The position numbers and the translations under genes are program-made. A DNA stretch of 64,000 bases from an uncultured candidatus Porisulfidus sp. Lineage in GTDB: Bacteria; Pseudomonadota; Gammaproteobacteria; Poriferisulfidales; Poriferisulfidaceae. Of the stretch, positions 21,375 through 31,682 are shown one piece after another. How positions within the stretch are numbered: position 1 is the first letter of the stretch; each line of letters opens with the position of its first letter. The notes beneath the pieces are model-generated. The model ran no database searches, had not been told where the DNA came from, and saw only the letters and a program-made list of their open reading frames with translations. Location: assembly GCA_965116025.1 (NCBI GenBank), contig OZ220480.1, forward strand, positions 896,001 to 960,000, written 5' to 3'.

Positions 21375-21626
21375 TCAGACTTGTGATCGTGGCCCCGGCG
21401 CTCAAGCCGGGGCTAGGTCTTGCTATCGGGATGGTCGCGCGGGCCCTCCCTCAAGTGATTCTCCGCGCTCAGCCAGCGGAGCCCTGCGCGAGGGCGTGTT
21501 TTGGTCTCGAAAACGCTCCCAAATCGCTCGCTTCCAGCCCGAAATCACGCCGAGCCCTCGCTTTTGAGCGAGCGAATTTTTGACGGGCGAAAATCGTCAG
21601 AATCGATCATCTCGGAGACCAAGGAA

Positions 21627-21671
21627 TTGACAACCGGCGTGACTTCCTGAATAATAGTGATTCTCATTACC
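21627..21671 (+). promoter_or_regulatory. sigma70 promoter overlapped by a Fur box
   Basis: TTGACA (21627-32), 17 nt, AATAAT (21650-55); AATAGTGATTCTCATTACC (21653-71) matches 14/19 of GATAATGATAATCATTATC; upstream of an iron ABC transporter. Confidence 0.8.
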
Positions 21672-21702
21672 AGTCGCGTTTTCCCTCATGCCGTGTTTCC
21701 TT

Positions 21703-22704
21703 ATGGGAAAGGTCGCCCTTATTTCGCTAGCGTTCTTCGCTCTTTCGGTGGTCCCGGTCGCGGCCGACCCGGTGACCCTCACCTTGTATTCCTCGCGCAA
21801 GGCGCATTTGATCCAGCCGGTTCTGGACCTGTACACGGAGCGGACCGGCGTGGAGTTCCGTCTTCACACCGGAAAGCCGGGGCCGCTCCTGGAGCGCTTG
21901 GCCGCGGCGGGCAAGAACGGGGGGGCGGATATCCTGCTGACGGTGGACGCGGGCAACCTCTGGCATGCCGCCGAGCGGGGCCTGCTGGCGCCGGTCGATT
22001 CGGAGACGCTGAGAGAATCCATTCCTCCGGCCTTGCACGACCCGGAGAGCCGATGGTTCGGATTCTCCAAGAGGGCGCGCGTCATCGCCTACAACACCGA
22101 GCGCGTCTCTCCCGACCAGCTTTCCACTTACGAGGATCTGGCGGACCCGAAATGGCGAGGAAGGCTGTGCTTGCGCACCTCCAAGAAAGTCTACAACCAG
22201 TCGCTGGTGGCGACCCTGATCGCGCGCCACGGCGAGGCGGTGGTCGAGGAGATCGTTCGGGGCTGGGTCGCCAACCTCGCGGCCGAGCCGTTCTCCAATG
22301 ATACCAAGGCGTTGCGGGCGGTCGCGATGGGACGGTGCGACGTCACGGTCGTCAACAGCTATTATTACGGGCGGTTGGTGAGCGAGGAGCCGAATCTCGA
22401 TCTCGCCCTGTTCTGGCCCAACCAGAATTCCCAGGGCGTTCACGTCAACGTCTCCGGTGGAGGGCTTCTGACGGTCTCCCCGCGCCCCGAGGAAGCGCGC
22501 GCCTTTCTGGAATGGTTGGCGGGTCCCGAGGCCCAGGCGCTGTTCGCGGAACTTAACCTAGAGTACCCGGTTCGGGAGGACGTGTCCCCCGCGCCCGCGG
22601 TGCGCGCCTGGGGGAAATTCCGGGAGGATTCTCTGAATCTTGCGGAAGCGGGGCGGCTGCAGGCGGCCGCCACGCGCTTGATGGACCGGGCGGGCTACCG
22701 CTGA
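21703..22704 (+). CDS. fbpA: Fe(3+) ABC transporter periplasmic binding protein (FbpA/FutA/SfuA family)
   Basis: Signal peptide, LYSSRK, ADILLTVDAGNL, YNQSLVA, VVNSYYY, GVHVNVSG, NLEYP. Confidence 0.9.
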   Translation: MGKVALISLAFFALSVVPVAADPVTLTLYSSRKAHLIQPVLDLYTERTGVEFRLHTGKPGPLLERLAAAGKNGGADILLTVDAGNLWHAAERGLLAPVDSETLRESIPPALHDPESRWFGFSKRARVIAYNTERVSPDQLSTYEDLADPKWRGRLCLRTSKKVYNQSLVATLIARHGEAVVEEIVRGWVANLAAEPFSNDTKALRAVAMGRCDVTVVNSYYYGRLVSEEPNLDLALFWPNQNSQGVHVNVSGGGLLTVSPRPEEARAFLEWLAGPEAQALFAELNLEYPVREDVSPAPAVRAWGKFREDSLNLAEAGRLQAAATRLMDRAGYR

Positions 22705-22717
22705 GCTCCGCTTTCTC

Positions 22718-24337
22718 GTGACTTTGGCCGCCGGGAGTTCCGGCCGTTTCTGGCGCTGGGGCAGCCGGCTGTTGGCGGCGGCGGCTCTGGTTCCGCTGGT
22801 CGTGATCTTCGGGGCCTGGATGGCCCCGACCACTGAAGTGTGGGGACATTTGGCGGCGACGTCGTTGCCGACTCTGGTCGGAAACACAGTGACGCTGATC
22901 GTCGGGGTCGCGGTCGGCTCCTTGGCGCTGGGGGTCAGTCTGGCTTGGCTGGTCAGCAACTGCGAGTTTCCGGGGCGGCGAGGGTTCGATTGGGCGCTGA
23001 TGCTGCCGTTCGCCCTGCCCCCGTACGTCATGGCCTTCGTGTTTCTGGGGTTGCTGGACTTCCAGGGCCCAGCGCAGGCCTTGGCGCGGGAGGCGTTTGA
23101 TCTGCCGGAGTCTTGGAGCGTGGAGGCGCGGCGCCCGGCGAGCGTCTTGGCCATCATGACGCTGGTGCTGTATCCGTACGTCTACCTTCTGGCGCGCGTG
23201 GCGTTCCTGCGGCAGGGCCGCGCCGTGATGGAGGCGGCGCGCGCGCTGGGGATGACGCCTTGGCAAGGCTTCTTCCGGGTGGCGCTGCCGATGGCGCGCC
23301 CGGCGATCATCGCCGGCGTGAGCCTGGCCGTGATGGAGGCGCTGGCCGATTTCGGCGCGGTCGCCGTGTTCAACTACGACACGTTCACGACCGCGATCTA
23401 CAAGGCGTGGTTTGGCTTCTTCGACCTCAACGCCGCCAGCCAGCTGGCGTCGCTGTTGCTTACGTTCGTTCTCGTCCTGCTCTGCCTGGAGCGCTTCGGG
23501 CGCTCCCGGGCCCGCTTCGACGACTCTGGAACCTCGTCCGGGCGCCGCGCCTACCGCCTGCGGGGGGGTCGCGCGGTGGCGGCGAGCGCCTACTGCGGTC
23601 TGGTTTTGCTGCTGGCCTTTCTCATCCCGCTGGCGCAGCTTTTGCTATGGGCCCATCGCTGGATCGGCGATCTGGATTCCGGTTATCTGGCGCTGCTGGG
23701 CAACACCCTGGCGCTGGGCGCCATGGCGGCCATGGCCACCACGGCCGGAGGGCTCGCGCTGGCGCATGCCGCGCGGCGAGACGCGAGCTGGCTGACCCGG
23801 GCCAGCGTTCGCGTCGGAACTCTGGGCTACGCCATTCCCGGCTCGGTGCTGGCGGTGGCCGTGATGTGGTCGCTGTCTTGGGTTGATCGCGGGATCGCCG
23901 ACGCTTGGGCGTGGCTGACCGGGACCGATGCCTCATGGGCGCTCGTCGGCGGCGTGACCAGCCTCATGCTAGCGTATTTCGTTCGGTTTTTGGCGCTGGC
24001 CTTCAACCCGATCGACAGCGCGCTGGAACAGGCGCGCCCCAGCGTCCAGGAGGCCGCGCGGTCGCTGGGCCTGAAGGGAATGGAGCTGGCGTGGCGAATT
24101 CACCTTCCGATCTTGCGTCCGGGCTTGCTGACCGCGGGACTGCTGGTGCTGGTGGACGTGATGAAGGAGATGCCGGCGACTTTGCTGTTGCGCCCGTTTG
24201 GCTGGGACACGCTGGCGGTGCGCATTTACGAGCTGTCCTCCGAGGGCCTGTGGGAGCGCGCGGCGCTGCCCTCGGTCGCGTTGGTGGCGGTGGGCCTCGC
24301 GCCGGTGTTCTTGCTAGCGGCGCGCGCCCGGAACTGA
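22718..24337 (+). CDS. fbpB: Fe(3+) ABC transporter permease
   Basis: Duplicated permease with EAARALG / EAARSLG loops, ALADFGAV, MKEMPATLLLRPF. Confidence 0.92.
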   Translation: MTLAAGSSGRFWRWGSRLLAAAALVPLVVIFGAWMAPTTEVWGHLAATSLPTLVGNTVTLIVGVAVGSLALGVSLAWLVSNCEFPGRRGFDWALMLPFALPPYVMAFVFLGLLDFQGPAQALAREAFDLPESWSVEARRPASVLAIMTLVLYPYVYLLARVAFLRQGRAVMEAARALGMTPWQGFFRVALPMARPAIIAGVSLAVMEALADFGAVAVFNYDTFTTAIYKAWFGFFDLNAASQLASLLLTFVLVLLCLERFGRSRARFDDSGTSSGRRAYRLRGGRAVAASAYCGLVLLLAFLIPLAQLLLWAHRWIGDLDSGYLALLGNTLALGAMAAMATTAGGLALAHAARRDASWLTRASVRVGTLGYAIPGSVLAVAVMWSLSWVDRGIADAWAWLTGTDASWALVGGVTSLMLAYFVRFLALAFNPIDSALEQARPSVQEAARSLGLKGMELAWRIHLPILRPGLLTAGLLVLVDVMKEMPATLLLRPFGWDTLAVRIYELSSEGLWERAALPSVALVAVGLAPVFLLAARARN

Positions 24338-24346
24338 GGAAAGACG

Positions 24347-25402
24347 ATGCCGCTCCTGGAGGTGGAGAGAATCGCGTGCGTCTACGGCGATCATTCGGTT
24401 CTGAACGACTTCTCGCTTCGGGTCGAGAGAGGCGAGATCGCCGCTCTGCTGGGGCCGTCCGGTTGCGGCAAGACGACCGCGCTGCGCGCCATTCTGGGCT
24501 TCGAGGAGATCGCGCGCGGGGAGATCCGCATCGCGGGCGAGGTGGCGTCCCGGCCCGGCTTCAGCGTCCCGCCCGACCGGCGGTCAGTCGGCATGGTCTT
24601 TCAGGATCGGGCGCTGTTCCCGCACTTGACGGTGGCGCGGAACGTCGCCATCGGGATCCGCCGCGCGCCGAAGCGGGAGCGGGACCGGGCCGTCCGGGGC
24701 CTGCTGGATCTCATGGGGCTGGAAGGTCACGAATCTCGCTATCCGCACGAATTGTCCGGAGGGCAACGGGAGCGCGTCGCGCTGGCCCGGGCTCTGGCCC
24801 CGCGGCCCCGCCTGCTGCTGCTCGACGAGCCGTTCGCGGGGCTCGACATCGACTTGCGCGAACGCCTAAGCGTCGAGGTGCGCGATATCCTCAAGGAGAC
24901 CGGATCGACGGCGGTGGTCGTGACGCACTACCAGGACGAGGCCTTCGCCATGGGCGACTGTGTCGGGGTCATGGGGGAAGGAGCCATCCTGCAGTGGGAC
25001 ACGCCGTTCAACGTCTACCATCGTCCGGTCTCGCGGCGGGTCGCCAGCCTGGTCGGGCGGGGGGTCTTCATCAAGGGCGTCGCGCGCGAGGGAGGGGCGT
25101 TCGACACTGAGCTCGGGCGGGTCCGCGACGACCACGCCGCGCGCGCGAGTCCCCCGGGAACGCGCATGGACATCCTGTTGCGTCCGGACGATGTCCTGAT
25201 TGATCCAGAGGGAAAGATCCGCGCCACGGTGACCGACAAGGCGTTCAAGGGCGACGATACCCTGTACACGCTGCGCCTCGAGTCCGGCGTCCGGCTTCTC
25301 GCTTTGGCGTCCAGTCACAAGAACCTGGAGATCGGGGAGAAGACGCGCTTGGGACTCGACCTGGAGCACGTGGTGGCGTTTCCAGAGACGCGTGAATCAT
25401 GA
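24347..25402 (+). CDS. fbpC: Fe(3+) ABC transporter ATPase
   Basis: [24 protein letters not shown]-terminal TOBE-like domain. Confidence 0.9.
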   Translation: MPLLEVERIACVYGDHSVLNDFSLRVERGEIAALLGPSGCGKTTALRAILGFEEIARGEIRIAGEVASRPGFSVPPDRRSVGMVFQDRALFPHLTVARNVAIGIRRAPKRERDRAVRGLLDLMGLEGHESRYPHELSGGQRERVALARALAPRPRLLLLDEPFAGLDIDLRERLSVEVRDILKETGSTAVVVTHYQDEAFAMGDCVGVMGEGAILQWDTPFNVYHRPVSRRVASLVGRGVFIKGVAREGGAFDTELGRVRDDHAARASPPGTRMDILLRPDDVLIDPEGKIRATVTDKAFKGDDTLYTLRLESGVRLLALASSHKNLEIGEKTRLGLDLEHVVAFPETRES

Positions 25403-25405
25403 ACT

Positions 25406-25423
25406 AAGTTACACTATTACAGA
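25406..25423. promoter_or_regulatory. putative Zur box
   Basis: AAGTTACACTATTACAGA resembles the proteobacterial TGTTATAnTATAACA; upstream of zur-znuCB. Confidence 0.55.
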
Positions 25424-25461
25424 TTTTTCGGATCGCCTCACCGCTCGACAAGACCTTCGCG

Positions 25462-25971
25462 ATGGCGCAAGCGAACGTTGGCCCTACGTGGCCGCTTTCT
25501 CCGCATGATCATCGATCCTGCGTATCGAGCGCTTTGGCGCGCGCTGAGGCGGTGTGCGCGAGCCGCGGCAAGCGGCTCACCGAGAATCGCCGAGCGGTTC
25601 TGAGGTTGCTGCTCGATGGGCATCATGCCTTGGGCGCGTATCAGATCATCAAGCGATTCGATTGGAAGGGACGTAGCCGGGCGCCCATCCAGGTGTACCG
25701 GGCGCTGGAATTTCTGGAGGCCATGGGGCTGGCGCATCGCGTCGCGAGCAGCAACGCCTATGTCGCCTGTTATCAGTTCTCCGGGCAGCACGGCTCCGCG
25801 TTGCTCGTGTGCGAGGATTGCGGAGTCGTGGTGGAGAGCGGAGGGCCGGAGCTGGAACGCGCGGTGGGCGGGGTGACTCGACGGGCGGGCTTTCAGGCGC
25901 GGACCCAATTTCTGGAGGTGCTGGGGCTTTGCCCGAAGTGCGCCCGGAAGACGGAGGACGCCCGCCCGTGA
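25462..25971 (+). CDS. zur: zinc uptake regulator (Fur family)
   Basis: HDHRSC..AL..AE..C, RLT..R..VL, YRALEFL, CxxC twice; operonic with znuCB. Confidence 0.88.
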   Translation: MAQANVGPTWPLSPHDHRSCVSSALARAEAVCASRGKRLTENRRAVLRLLLDGHHALGAYQIIKRFDWKGRSRAPIQVYRALEFLEAMGLAHRVASSNAYVACYQFSGQHGSALLVCEDCGVVVESGGPELERAVGGVTRRAGFQARTQFLEVLGLCPKCARKTEDARP

Positions 25972-26693
25972 GATCGCCGCGCGCGCTCGTGCGCGCCCGT
26001 TCCGTGGGCGTTCACCGTGGTGGTCGCTGGCTGATCCGCGACGTCAGCCTCGAGATCCAGCCCGGCGAGGTCGTGACCGTGGTGGGCCCCAACGGGGCGG
26101 GCAAAAGCACCTTGCTGAAGGCCTTGCTCGGAGCGCTCCGCCTGGACGCGGGAAGCGTGACCCGCGCGCCCGGGTCGCGCGTCGGCTACGTGCCGCCCGC
26201 CGACCCGACCCAGTTCGATTTGCCGCTGACGGCGCGGCGCCTGATGACCCTGACCGCGCGCCACTCGACCGAAGCCATGGCCCGGGCCCTGCGCGAGACC
26301 GGCGCCGGGCATCTAACCGACTCCCAGGTCAGCGACCTTTCGCACGGAGAGTTCCAGCGAGTCATGCTGGCCCGGGCCCTATCGCTCGATCCGGACTTCC
26401 TGGTGATGGACGAGCCCCTGCGGGGCATCGATTTCTCTGGCGAGGCCGAGCTGCATCAATTGATCTCGGACATCGTGGAACGCCGGGGATGCGCCGCGCT
26501 GATGACCAGCCACGACCTCCACTACGTGATGAGCAGGACGGACCGGGTGGTCTGCCTGAACCGGGTGGTGCGATGCATGGGAACCCCGGAGGACACGGTG
26601 GACCATCCGGAGTTCCGCCAGCTGTTCGGCGCTCGCGCCGACGCCTATCGACTCGTCCGCCATCAGTGTCACGGCGATTCGGCGCGGAGCTGA
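25968..26693 (+). CDS. znuC: Zn ABC transporter ATPase
   Basis: GPNGAGKST, LSHGEFQRVMLARAL, SHDLHYVM, CLNR..C.G.P, His/Cys tail. Confidence 0.88.
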   Translation: MRSPRALVRARSVGVHRGGRWLIRDVSLEIQPGEVVTVVGPNGAGKSTLLKALLGALRLDAGSVTRAPGSRVGYVPPADPTQFDLPLTARRLMTLTARHSTEAMARALRETGAGHLTDSQVSDLSHGEFQRVMLARALSLDPDFLVMDEPLRGIDFSGEAELHQLISDIVERRGCAALMTSHDLHYVMSRTDRVVCLNRVVRCMGTPEDTVDHPEFRQLFGARADAYRLVRHQCHGDSARS

Positions 26694-26711
26694 CGCTCTC
26701 GCCCTTTCCCT

Positions 26712-27566
26712 ATGCTGGACGATTTCTTTTTCCGCGCTCTGCTCGCGACCCTGATCGTGGGACTGGTGGCCGGGCCGGTCGGCTGCGTGATCTTGTGGCA
26801 GCGCAAGGCGTATTTTGGCGATACCATGGCGCATTCCGCGCTGCTCGGGATCGCGCTTGGCGTGATCTTGGGAGTTAGTCCGGGGGTCGGGGTCTTCGGG
26901 GTCGCGTTCCTTGTCGCGTTGGCGGTGGTCGCGCTTCGGAGGACGACGCGCCTCGCGAACGACACCATCCTCGGGGTGCTGGCCCACTCCACCTTGGCGG
27001 TCGGTCTCGTCGCGATGGCGCTGACCGAGGGCGCTCGGCAATACGAGCTGCTCGCCTATCTGTTCGGGGACGTGCTGGCGGTTGGCCGAGAGGATTTGGT
27101 CTTGATCGGGCTGGGCGGGGCGCTCGCTCTCGCGGTTCTGGCCACGATCTGGCGCCCGCTGGTGGCCGCGACCCTGCACGAGGGACTGGCGGTGGCTGAG
27201 GGCGCGCGGCCCTTGCGCGATCAGTTGCTGTACATGGCGCTGGTGGCCGCCGTTGTGGCCGCCGGCATGCAGGTCGTGGGCGCCCTTCTCGTCGTCGCGT
27301 TGATGATCATTCCGGCCGCGGCGGCGCGGACCCTGGCCAGGACCCCGGAGCAGATGGCCTGGATCGCCGCCTTGGCCGGGACGCTCTCGGGCATCTTGGG
27401 ACTGTACGGCTCTCTCTGGCTGGACACGCCAGCCGGACCCTCGATCGTGACGGTGGCCGCGCTCGTGTTTCTGGGGTGTCTCGCGCTCGACTCGGGCGGC
27501 CGGTGGTTGCGCCGAAATCGAAGCGTCAGGCGTGATGCCGCTCGCGCTCCAGAAGGAGACGCTTGA
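26712..27566 (+). CDS. znuB: Zn ABC transporter permease
   Basis: AGPVGC..LWQRKAYFGDTMAHSALLG, YLFGDVL, MIIPAAAAR, DTPAGPSIV. Confidence 0.9.
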   Translation: MLDDFFFRALLATLIVGLVAGPVGCVILWQRKAYFGDTMAHSALLGIALGVILGVSPGVGVFGVAFLVALAVVALRRTTRLANDTILGVLAHSTLAVGLVAMALTEGARQYELLAYLFGDVLAVGREDLVLIGLGGALALAVLATIWRPLVAATLHEGLAVAEGARPLRDQLLYMALVAAVVAAGMQVVGALLVVALMIIPAAAARTLARTPEQMAWIAALAGTLSGILGLYGSLWLDTPAGPSIVTVAALVFLGCLALDSGGRWLRRNRSVRRDAARAPEGDA

Positions 27567-28035
27567 TCTCCAGGAGTCGCTCTCCCTTCTCGCGGATCAG
27601 CGGTCCTCCATAGCCCCCGAGTCCGCTCTTTCCCAGCACGCGGTGGCATGGCACCACGACGCAAAGCGGATTGCGTCCGTTGGCGGCGCCGACTGATCGC
27701 GGGCTACCGCCCGCCTGCCGAGCGACATCGCCGTACGTTCGAGTCTGGCCGTAGGGAATGGAGAGAAGCGCGCGCCACACCCCGCGTTGGTATTCGGTGG
27801 CCGGGCCGTCCTCGGCCAGCGTGGCGAGCGGAAGATCGAACGTCTCGCGGGCGCCTTCGAAATACTCTCGGAGCTGTCGCGCCGCGGCGCGGGTGGTGGC
27901 GTTCGGGCGCTCGGGACTCGTTCGCCGGGCATCCAGATCGAAATAGATCGCCGACACGCCATGCCGGCCGGCATGGATCTTGAGAGGCGCGTCGAGGGGC
28001 GTGTCGAGAGTCTGGAAGCCGACGTCGTCGAGCAT
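27526..28035 (-). CDS. ogt: methylated-DNA--protein-cysteine methyltransferase
   Basis: QLREYFEG, IPYGQTRTY, RSVGAANGRNP..VVPCHRV active site. Confidence 0.93.
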   Translation of the reverse strand: MLDDVGFQTLDTPLDAPLKIHAGRHGVSAIYFDLDARRTSPERPNATTRAAARQLREYFEGARETFDLPLATLAEDGPATEYQRGVWRALLSIPYGQTRTYGDVARQAGGSPRSVGAANGRNPLCVVVPCHRVLGKSGLGGYGGPLIREKGERLLEIKRLLLERERHHA

Positions 28036-28045
28036 GACCGCCGAA

Positions 28046-28402
28046 TCAACCGCCCAGCTTTTCCGGAATGCGGGCGGCCTTGCCGGTGCGGCCCCGCAGA
28101 TAGTACAGTTTCGCGCGCCGCACTTTTCCGCGGCGCTTGACATGGATCGAGTCGATCAGCGGGCTGTGCGTCTGAAAGACCCGCTCCACCCCCTCGCCGT
28201 GCGAGATCTTCCGCACGGTGAACGAGGAGTTCAGGCCGCGGTCGCGCCGGGCGATCACCACGCCCTCGAACGTCTGCAGCCGCTCGCGCTCGCCCTCTCG
28301 GACCTTCACCGCGACCGCGACCGTGTCGCCCGGTCCGAATCGGACCTCGGCCAAGTCCTGGCGCATCCGCGCGCGTTCCAGTTTCTCAATCGTCGCGCTC
28401 AC
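28046..28402 (-). CDS. rplS: 50S ribosomal protein L19
   Basis: [42 protein letters not shown]. Confidence 0.98.
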   Translation of the reverse strand: MSATIEKLERARMRQDLAEVRFGPGDTVAVAVKVREGERERLQTFEGVVIARRDRGLNSSFTVRKISHGEGVERVFQTHSPLIDSIHVKRRGKVRRAKLYYLRGRTGKAARIPEKLGG

Positions 28403-29147
28403 GTTCTCGCTCCTTCGATGTTGATTTCAGGTATTCGTCCAGCAACGCCCGATCCTCCGCCGACAACGCGGCGCGGTCCAGCAGGTCCGGACGGCGGCGG
28501 AAGGTGCGTCCCAGCCGCTCGCGCCGTCTCCAGCGATCTATTTTGCCATGATCTCCAGACAAAAGCACATCTGGAGCGCGCAGGCCCTCGATCTCTTCCG
28601 GGCGGGTGTAGTGCGGCCAGTCCAGAAGGCCCTCGCCGAAAGAGTCTTGCCGGGCCGATTCCGCGCACCCGAGAACGCCCGGCAAAAGCCGGACGATGGC
28701 GTCGATCACCACGGCCGCGGCCAGCTCGCCGCCGGACAGCACGTAGTCGCCGAGCGACCACTCGGCGTCCACGCGCCGGATCAGGAAGCGCTCGTCGATT
28801 CCCTCGTATCGTCCGGCGATCAAGATTAGTCCCTTCTCTTTCGCCGCCGCGCGCGCCCGCGCTTGGTTGAACGGGACGCCTTGAGGCGTCAGCGCGATCG
28901 TGCGGGCTTCCGGATTCGCCTGACGGGCCGAATCGTGCGCGCGCGCCAGAGGCTCGTACCGCATGACCATGCCTGGACCGCCTCCGTACGGGCGGTCATC
29001 CACGGCGCGGCGCGGGTCCTCGCAGAAATCGCGCGGGTTGACGCAACGCAACCGCGCCGCGCCGCGCGCGAGCGCGCGGGCGACCACGCCCCCGGCCGCG
29101 ACCGCCTCGACGATCTCCGGGAGTGGAGCGACGACGTCGAAGCGCAT
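28386..29147 (-). CDS. trmD: tRNA (guanine37-N1)-methyltransferase
   Basis: [46 protein letters not shown]. Confidence 0.97.
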   Translation of the reverse strand: MRFDVVAPLPEIVEAVAAGGVVARALARGAARLRCVNPRDFCEDPRRAVDDRPYGGGPGMVMRYEPLARAHDSARQANPEARTIALTPQGVPFNQARARAAAKEKGLILIAGRYEGIDERFLIRRVDAEWSLGDYVLSGGELAAAVVIDAIVRLLPGVLGCAESARQDSFGEGLLDWPHYTRPEEIEGLRAPDVLLSGDHGKIDRWRRRERLGRTFRRRPDLLDRAALSAEDRALLDEYLKSTSKERERERDD

Positions 29148-29151
29148 CCGG

Positions 29152-29706
29152 TCACTCCCGCACGCCGTCCCAGCGCACGTCGATCCGGCGGCGTTCCAGA
29201 TCCACGCGCAGCACGGTCTCGCCTGGCGCGTAAGGGATCAGGCGCTCCTGATCCCCACGGACGAGCAGCACGTCATGGACGGCGGTTTCCAGAACTCGCT
29301 CCACGACGCCCAGCGTCCGCCCGCGCTGGTCATGCGCGGCCAGTCCCAGAAGGTCGCGGTGGTAGTACTCGCCTCGCGGCAAGAGCGGGAAGCGCGCCGG
29401 ATCGATCCAGATCTCCAGGCCCCGCAGCGCCGCCGCCTCGTCGCGGTCGTCCACGTCCCGAAGCTTCGCGATCAGGCCGCGGTGGACACGCCGCCCGGAT
29501 TCCAGATCATGAACGCGGTGGGCTCCGCCACCGCGCAACTGCCAAGGACGATACCGCAACAGGTTCTCGATGGGGTGGGTGTGCGAATGCACCTTGATCC
29601 AGCCGCGCGTGCCATGCATGCCGCTGACGTGGCCGCATAACGCGTATTCGGGAGCCGCGGAGCCGGAGAGGTCCGTGGCGAGGGAGCCGCTCGGCTGGCG
29701 CCTCAG
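29152..29706 (-). CDS. rimM: ribosome maturation factor RimM (start codon uncertain)
   Basis: G...[31 protein letters not shown]; lies between rpsP and trmD. Confidence 0.92.
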   Translation of the reverse strand: MRRQPSGSLATDLSGSAAPEYALCGHVSGMHGTRGWIKVHSHTHPIENLLRYRPWQLRGGGAHRVHDLESGRRVHRGLIAKLRDVDDRDEAAALRGLEIWIDPARFPLLPRGEYYHRDLLGLAAHDQRGRTLGVVERVLETAVHDVLLVRGDQERLIPYAPGETVLRVDLERRRIDVRWDGVRE

Positions 29707-29957
29707 GCGGTTCGCGGTCTGGCGCGCTCGCGAATCAGCCACGCCGCGCGGGCGGAAAGTTTCGCGCCTCGGTCCAGCCAATGCCGCACGCGTTCCTGAT
29801 CGACGCGCGCGCCCTCTTCCTCTCCGGTGGCGAGAGGGTTGAAGAACCCGAGACGCTCAAGATAGCCGCTGTCGCGAGGCTTGCGCGAATCGGTGACCAC
29901 CAAGTGGTAGAAAGGACGCTTCTTCGCGCCGGCGCGGGCGAGACGGATCGTGACCAA
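29703..29957 (-). CDS. rpsP: 30S ribosomal protein S16
   Basis: [25 protein letters not shown]. Confidence 0.98.
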   Translation of the reverse strand: MVTIRLARAGAKKRPFYHLVVTDSRKPRDSGYLERLGFFNPLATGEEEGARVDQERVRHWLDRGAKLSARAAWLIRERARPRTA

Positions 29958-30138
29958 GAGTGTGCTCCAAAAAGCGATTCCAAAGGCTCTGAGCCGCGCA
30001 TTCTAGCAGAATCGGAAACGCGCCCCCGCGGCCGCTCGCGCGGTCGACTCGCGGCGACCGGGCGGACCGCGACGGAAAAGCCCGCATGGAGCGACTTCGG
30101 CGCGACGCGACCCGCCCGTCTCGACCGTTCCCATCCAT

Positions 30139-31566
30139 TCAGCCTTCGTGCCCCGTGATCGCTTTCGTCTCAAGGAATTCCTCCAGGCCATACCGCCCGG
30201 ATTCCCGGCCATTCCCGGACCGCTTGTACCCGCCGAACGGCGCTCGGGGATCGATGAACGCGTCATTCAAGAACACGCTGCCGACCCGAAGGCGTCGAGC
30301 GAGCGCGTGGGCGCGCTCGGGGTCGCCGCTCGACACGTAGCCGGCCAGCCCGTACGTCGTGTCGTTCGCGACGCGCGCGGCGTCCTCCTCGTCCTCATAG
30401 CCGATGATCGTCAATACCGGGCCGAAGATCTCCTGGCGCGCGATGGTCATGTCGTTGCGCGCATGCGAGAAGACCGTGGGCTTCACGTAATGCCCGACCC
30501 GCGAGCCGTCCGGCCGCCCCGTTCCGCCCGTCTCCAGCCGCGCGCCCTCGTCCAGCCCGGTCTGGATCAAGGACCGGACGCGCTCGAGCTGCCGTCGCGA
30601 CGCTAGTGGTCCCATGTCGGTTTTCAGGTCGCGGGGAGATCCGACCTGGACCGCTTCCATCGCCGCCCGGGCCAGAGCCGCGGCCTCGTCCATCCACGCG
30701 CGCGGGACCAGCATACGGGTGGGCGCGAGGCAGGACTGTCCGGAGTTCGCGTAAACCCGAGCCACGTCGCGGGCGACGGCGCGCTCGAGGTCCGCGTCGT
30801 CGAGAATGACGCTGGCGGATTTCCCGCCCAACTCCTGCGCGACCCGCTTCACCGTGGGCGCGGCGTTTCGCGCGACCTCGACGCCAGCGCGCGTCGATCC
30901 CGTGAAGGAGATCATGTCGACGCCCGGGTGCGCGGACAGCGCGGCCCCGACGGTCGGCCCGTCGCCATGAACCAGATTGAACACGCCCGGGGGAATCCCG
31001 GCGGAGTCCAGGATCTCGGCGAACAGGATCGCGCTATGCGGAGCGATTTCCGAGGGTTTCAGCACCATGGAGCAACCGGCCGCGAGCGCGGGAGCCACCT
31101 TGCACGCGATCTGGTTCGCGGGCCAGTTCCACGGAGTGATGAGACCGCAAACCCCGATCGGCTCCCGAACGACGCGCGCGGAGCCGAGCTCCTCCTCGAA
31201 GGAGAACCCGCGCAGTGCCTCGAGCGTCGTGGTCAACTGTGCCAGGCCCATGGGGGCCTGGAACTCGCGAGAGAGACGCGTCGGCGCGCCCACTTCCTCG
31301 CGGATGGTATCGGCGATCTCGTCCAGGCGCTCCTCGTATCGGGCGACGACGCGCTCCAGCAGCGCGATTCGCTCTTCGCGCGTGGTCCGGGAATAGGAGT
31401 CGAACGCCGCCGCGGCCGAGCGGACGGCCCGGTCCATGTCCCGCTCTCCGCCCATCGCGACGGAGCCGATGGGCTCTTCCGTCGCGGGGTTGACGACGCG
31501 CCGGGTCTCGCCAGTCGATGGCGCGACCCAGTTCCCGCCGATGTAGAAGCGCGTTCGGTTCTCCAT
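30139..31566 (-). CDS. NAD(P)-dependent aldehyde dehydrogenase
   Basis: ITPWNWP, LKPSE, FTGST..G, QELGGKS, NSGQSC, QEIFGPV, PFGGYKRSG.GRE. Confidence 0.93.
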   Translation of the reverse strand: MENRTRFYIGGNWVAPSTGETRRVVNPATEEPIGSVAMGGERDMDRAVRSAAAAFDSYSRTTREERIALLERVVARYEERLDEIADTIREEVGAPTRLSREFQAPMGLAQLTTTLEALRGFSFEEELGSARVVREPIGVCGLITPWNWPANQIACKVAPALAAGCSMVLKPSEIAPHSAILFAEILDSAGIPPGVFNLVHGDGPTVGAALSAHPGVDMISFTGSTRAGVEVARNAAPTVKRVAQELGGKSASVILDDADLERAVARDVARVYANSGQSCLAPTRMLVPRAWMDEAAALARAAMEAVQVGSPRDLKTDMGPLASRRQLERVRSLIQTGLDEGARLETGGTGRPDGSRVGHYVKPTVFSHARNDMTIARQEIFGPVLTIIGYEDEEDAARVANDTTYGLAGYVSSGDPERAHALARRLRVGSVFLNDAFIDPRAPFGGYKRSGNGRESGRYGLEEFLETKAITGHEG

Positions 31567-31577
31567 GGCGTCGGCGG

Positions 31578-31654
31578 TGGTGGGCCCGGCAGGATTCGAA
31601 CCTGCGACCGAAGGATTATGAGTCCTCTGCTCTAACCAGCTGAGCTACAGGCCC
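31578..31654 (-). tRNA. tRNA-Ile2 (CAT, lysidine type)
   Basis: GGGCCTGTAGCTCAGCTGGTTAGAGCAGAGGACTCATAATCCTT...GGTTCGAATCC...CCCACCA; the ACT-CAT-AAT loop and position after rpoD resemble ileX. Confidence 0.88.
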
Positions 31655-31682
31655 CCGGATGGCTCGCGCGCCCTGGCCCCGA

